Below, one piece after another: positions 60,608 through 64,000 of a stretch of 64,000 nt of DNA (positions within the stretch are counted from its first letter, which is position 1; each line of letters opens with the position of its first letter). A program made the translations under genes and the position numbers. The notes under the pieces are model-generated. The model saw only the letters and a list, made by a program, of their open reading frames with translations, ran no database searches and was not told the origin of the DNA. The DNA is from a bacterium. Its GTDB lineage: Bacteria; Myxococcota_A; Bradymonadia; UBA7976; UBA1532. Where the stretch lies: positions 204,451 to 268,450 of the forward strand of contig JAUHYW010000002.1 of NCBI GenBank assembly GCA_030426085.1, read 5' to 3'.

Positions 60608-62716
60608 TCACGGCGCGTCGATCAGGCTGTCGCGCAGGGTGCGCAGCGCGATGGGGTGACGGGTCGCGAGTTCGTGGTCCGGCTCGAGGCCCACCCGCAG
60701 GTCCCACAGCTCGAGGCCCCGCACGCCAGCCCCCCGCAGCAGCCAGGGGCCGAAGCGCACCGCGACCTGATTGCCGTGGCGGGCGCGATCGGCCCGGGGG
60801 GGCAGCGGCAGGCCGTTGAAGAGCGCCCCGGTGGGGTCGCGCCCGGGCCAGCCGTCGGAGTCGCCCCCGACGAAGCGCAGCGCGAGGGCCCCCACGTCGG
60901 CCAGCTCGCCCCCCCGATGCAGCGTGGGCTCGCCCTCGGGGCGCAGGTGGGGGTGCCAGGCGACGAGCGGCACCCGGAACACCTCGGGCACCAGCGCGTG
61001 GCCGTCGCCGAGGCCGCCCGACTCGCGCAGCTCCTGGCCCACGGTGCCCACCACGACCAGCGCGGTGTCCTCGGCGACCCCCTGGGTCTGCAGCAGCGCG
61101 ATGAGTTGGCCGACCCAGTAGTCGGTGGCGCTGACCTCGGCGTCGTAGGCGATGCGCAGGTCGCGGATGTCGGCGAGTCGCTCGCTGCGCCGGGTCTCGG
61201 CCCGCAGCGGGCGAGCGCGATCGTAGAGCCGGCGGTAGCCGGCCGGGGGCCGCAGCGGGGTCCGGGGGTCGGCGCTGCTGATGTAGAGGAAGAACGGGTC
61301 CCGCTTGCGCACGTAGAGCCACGACTCGATCTCCCGCAGCAGGATCCGGGTCTCGGTGGGCTCGCCGGCCCGGTGCAGGTCGAGGCGGGTGTCGAAGCTC
61401 TCGGTCAGCTCGGGCTCGATCGCGGTGCTGGCGCTGAGCAGGCCGGTCCGCTTGCCGGCGGCGCGCATGGCGTCGGCCAGGGTGAGGCCGTCGGGCTCGG
61501 GCTGCAGCAGCCGGCGGTGGCCGTCGGTGGCCGACGCCCCGCCGCTCCAGAGGTCGACGGCGGCGACGCCCTGGGCCGCGAGCAGGTCCAGATTGGGGGT
61601 GGCCGCGTACTGCCCGACCCGCCCCAGCGACGGCCGATCGTCGCGCAGGCCGTCGATCGCCCAGACGATGATGTTGCGCGCCGGCCGGGGGCGGGCCCGG
61701 GGGCGACCGGCCACCATGATGCGGGGGGACAACCACCCGGCGCGGGCGATCTCGCCGGCGCCGTGGGTCTCGAGCACCAGCCGGGCCGGGCGCCCGCCGA
61801 GTCCGTCGAGCGCGATGTCCAGCTCGGCGACGCTGCCCGCCGCGACGGTGATGCGCCGCAGCTCGCTGGCCGGCGCGTCGTCCTGCTCGACCCGCACGAC
61901 GAACTCGACCGGGTCGCCGCCGACGACGGCCGCCCGGGCCATGAGGCGGGCGTCGGAGGGCGGCAGTACGTACCAGCTCCAGGCGGTGGGCGGCCCGGCG
62001 AGCAGGGCCGGCTGGGGGTCGCCGCCGGCCACCGAGAGCGATCCGAGCCAGGCCGGGGCCGGCTCGGGGGCGTCGCCGGGGGGCAGCAGGCGGATGGCGC
62101 CCAGCGCGGCGGGGGTCCGCACCCGACCGTGGAACCGGGTGAAGCGGAACCAGAAGCGCACGCTGTGCTCGCCGGCGCTCAACTCACCGCCGGGGATGGG
62201 GAAGCGGTAGCGATGCCAGCCGGACTTGAGCCGGGTGGTGGTGACCGACTGCTCGTCGAAGAAGACGCTGACCACCTGCCCCCGAGCGACCGGGCGCAGC
62301 CAGAACTCCAGCGTGCGCATCTCGGCGGCCTCGGGCCCGAGCGGGAAGTGGATCGAGCCGCCGATGCCGTCCAACCAGCTCCCGACCCGGCCGTCGACCG
62401 TGCGCGGGGCGCCCCACGGGCCGCGCCCGCCCAGCTCGGCCACCCGGCGCCACCCGGGCACCGCCGGGCCGAAGATCGGGCCCGCCCGGCTGACGTGGGC
62501 CGCGCCGGCCCGGTCGAGCAGATCGACGACGACCTCGGGCACCGCCGACGCCGAGACCGGCGGGGGCAGCGCCGCGTCGGTGATCGGGGCGGCGTCGGGG
62601 ACGGCGGGCTCGGGCTCTCCGCACGCGCAGAGCAGGGCCAGCGCGCAGGCGACCCACGGCCCGAGCGCCCGACCGGGCCGTCGACGGGCCGGTGGGGGGT
62701 GGTTCATCGGCGGCAT
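60608..62716 (-). CDS. sulfatase / alkaline-phosphatase-superfamily lipoprotein
   Basis: Lipobox ALALLCACGEP. Central IIVWAIDGLRDD motif resembling the sulfatase N-terminal metal-binding region. 702 aa. Confidence 0.6.
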   Translation of the reverse strand: MPPMNHPPPARRRPGRALGPWVACALALLCACGEPEPAVPDAAPITDAALPPPVSASAVPEVVVDLLDRAGAAHVSRAGPIFGPAVPGWRRVAELGGRGPWGAPRTVDGRVGSWLDGIGGSIHFPLGPEAAEMRTLEFWLRPVARGQVVSVFFDEQSVTTTRLKSGWHRYRFPIPGGELSAGEHSVRFWFRFTRFHGRVRTPAALGAIRLLPPGDAPEPAPAWLGSLSVAGGDPQPALLAGPPTAWSWYVLPPSDARLMARAAVVGGDPVEFVVRVEQDDAPASELRRITVAAGSVAELDIALDGLGGRPARLVLETHGAGEIARAGWLSPRIMVAGRPRARPRPARNIIVWAIDGLRDDRPSLGRVGQYAATPNLDLLAAQGVAAVDLWSGGASATDGHRRLLQPEPDGLTLADAMRAAGKRTGLLSASTAIEPELTESFDTRLDLHRAGEPTETRILLREIESWLYVRKRDPFFLYISSADPRTPLRPPAGYRRLYDRARPLRAETRRSERLADIRDLRIAYDAEVSATDYWVGQLIALLQTQGVAEDTALVVVGTVGQELRESGGLGDGHALVPEVFRVPLVAWHPHLRPEGEPTLHRGGELADVGALALRFVGGDSDGWPGRDPTGALFNGLPLPPRADRARHGNQVAVRFGPWLLRGAGVRGLELWDLRVGLEPDHELATRHPIALRTLRDSLIDAP

Positions 62717-62819
62717 CCTGCCCCCGGGGCCCGGCGGGGGTCAAGCGGCGCCCATCGGCCGCGCGGGGCCGCGCGATGCCGGTTGACAACCTGCGGCCGC
62801 GACGGTTAAGCCGCGAGGC

Positions 62820-64000
62820 ATGCGACAGAAACCCCTGCCGTCCCCCTTCGCCACGGCCCTGGCGAGCGTCGTCGCCTTCGCGCTCGCCGGCCTCGTGGAG
62901 TTCGGATGGCTCGCCTTCACCGGGGCCGTCGAGGCGCCGCCGGCGCAGCTCGCCCGGCTCGCGGCCCACTTCGTCGGGCTCGCGGGCACCTTCGGGGCCT
63001 GCGTCGGGCTGCTCCTGGCGATCATCGTGCCCCCCCTGGTGGCCATCGCCCGCCCCGGGCGGTGGCTGAGGACCTACGTCTCGCCCCGCGGCTCGGACCA
63101 GACGCCCGCCACCGCGCTCAACCGGGCCGCCGCGTGGGGCCTCGCCGCGCTGGTGACGCTGGGCCCCATCGGCCTCGTCGCGGCCGTCGGCGGATACCTG
63201 GCCCACGGCTTCAACCAGCGCATGCTGGCCACCGCCTTCGTGGGCCTCGTGGCGGTCGGCGCGCTCGGCGTCGGGCTGCTGGTGCTGTTCCCCCTGCGGG
63301 CCGCCTTCGGCTGGATGTTCCGCTCGATCGCGCCCGACGGCCGCCTCTTCGGGCTGCCCACCCCGGCGCTGCCGATCCTGACCGTGTTGGCGGTGGGGGT
63401 GGCCTGCGCCCTGCGCATCGCCCAGATCGACCTCGGAGCCTACAAGCTCGGAGGCTACTTCGCGGTGGCCGCCGCGGTGCTGCTGAGCCTGCTGCTGCTC
63501 GGCCTGTGGCGGGGGCGGGGCCCGTTCCGGGCGGGGCCGGCGGCGGTGGTGACCCTGGCCCTGGTGCTCGGCCTCGGCGGCTGGACGATCGTGAGCCTCG
63601 AGCGCACCCCGATCGCGCCCCGGGTGCTGGCCCTCGACGCGCACCTGGGGCGGGTCGCGTTGCAGTCGTTCCGGGCCGCGCTGGACTTCGACGGGGACGG
63701 GGCCTCGGCGCTGCTCGCCGGCGGTGACTGCGCCGAGGGCGACCCGACGATCGGGCCCCACGCGCGGGACATCCCGGGCAACGGCATCGACGAGAACTGC
63801 CAGGGCGGCGACGCCCAGCCCGAGGCGCCGCCTCCCCCGCCGCCTCCGCCGGAGCCCGACGAGCCGCGCTACGAGGCGCAGAAGCTCAACGTCGTCTTCG
63901 TGCTGATCGACACCCTGCGCCCCGATCACCTCGGGCTCTACGGCTACGCGCGCGAGACGAGCCCCAACATCGACGCCTGGGCCGAGGACGCGGTGGTCTT
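62820..64000 (+). CDS. partial CDS: membrane-anchored sulfatase family protein (continues beyond window end)
   Basis: ATG at 62820 opens a frame with no stop through the window end. It has at least 5 TM helices, a [13 protein letters not shown] linker, then NVVFVLIDTLRPDHLGLYGY, the sulfatase metal-binding motif. It is absent from the ORF track because no stop falls in the window. Confidence 0.6.
   Translation, partial: MRQKPLPSPFATALASVVAFALAGLVEFGWLAFTGAVEAPPAQLARLAAHFVGLAGTFGACVGLLLAIIVPPLVAIARPGRWLRTYVSPRGSDQTPATALNRAAAWGLAALVTLGPIGLVAAVGGYLAHGFNQRMLATAFVGLVAVGALGVGLLVLFPLRAAFGWMFRSIAPDGRLFGLPTPALPILTVLAVGVACALRIAQIDLGAYKLGGYFAVAAAVLLSLLLLGLWRGRGPFRAGPAAVVTLALVLGLGGWTIVSLERTPIAPRVLALDAHLGRVALQSFRAALDFDGDGASALLAGGDCAEGDPTIGPHARDIPGNGIDENCQGGDAQPEAPPPPPPPPEPDEPRYEAQKLNVVFVLIDTLRPDHLGLYGYARETSPNIDAWAEDAVV

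Overview
The window is high-GC (about 70% by eye) and densely coding, consistent with a Myxococcota chromosome. It is rich in lipoproteins, large Ser/Thr kinases and a gliding-motility-like TPR gene cluster. Nearly all long ORFs in the track that lie antisense to the genes called below are Arg/Gly/Pro-rich shadow frames, and I rejected them.

Housekeeping genes I recognise:
- plsB
- acs
- rsmI
- the rpsP-KH-rimM-trmD-rplS-rnhB-yraN ribosomal/tRNA-modification operon
- a di-haem cytochrome c peroxidase
- an alkyl-DHAP-synthase-like FAD oxidase next to a DUF218 gene
- two sulfatase-family genes

Accessory content:
1. A 1312-aa protein with polymorphic-toxin-like architecture. Its last ~230 codons and the tightly coupled downstream gene sit in a clearly GC-poor island, so I read them as a candidate toxin/immunity cassette. 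The delivery route is unknown, and the C-terminal domain shows a speculative R-S-E ADP-ribosyltransferase-like motif pattern.
2. An outer-membrane beta-barrel gene co-oriented with a giant alpha/beta-hydrolase lipoprotein, with a divergent paralogous hydrolase nearby.
3. Two tandem paralogous Ser/Thr kinase–P-loop NTPase–TPR proteins.
4. A ~21 kb minus-strand cluster that, by architecture and order, resembles the Myxococcus Agl/Glt focal-adhesion G1 cluster: secreted TPR gene, AgmU/GltD-like, AglT/GltE-like, small GltF-like, FHA–TM–TonB_C GltG-like, TPR lipoprotein, and a 3908-aa AgmK/GltI-like giant TPR gene.

I found no rRNA, tRNA, CRISPR array or obvious transposase. All promoter and terminator calls are low-confidence consensus matches read by eye.
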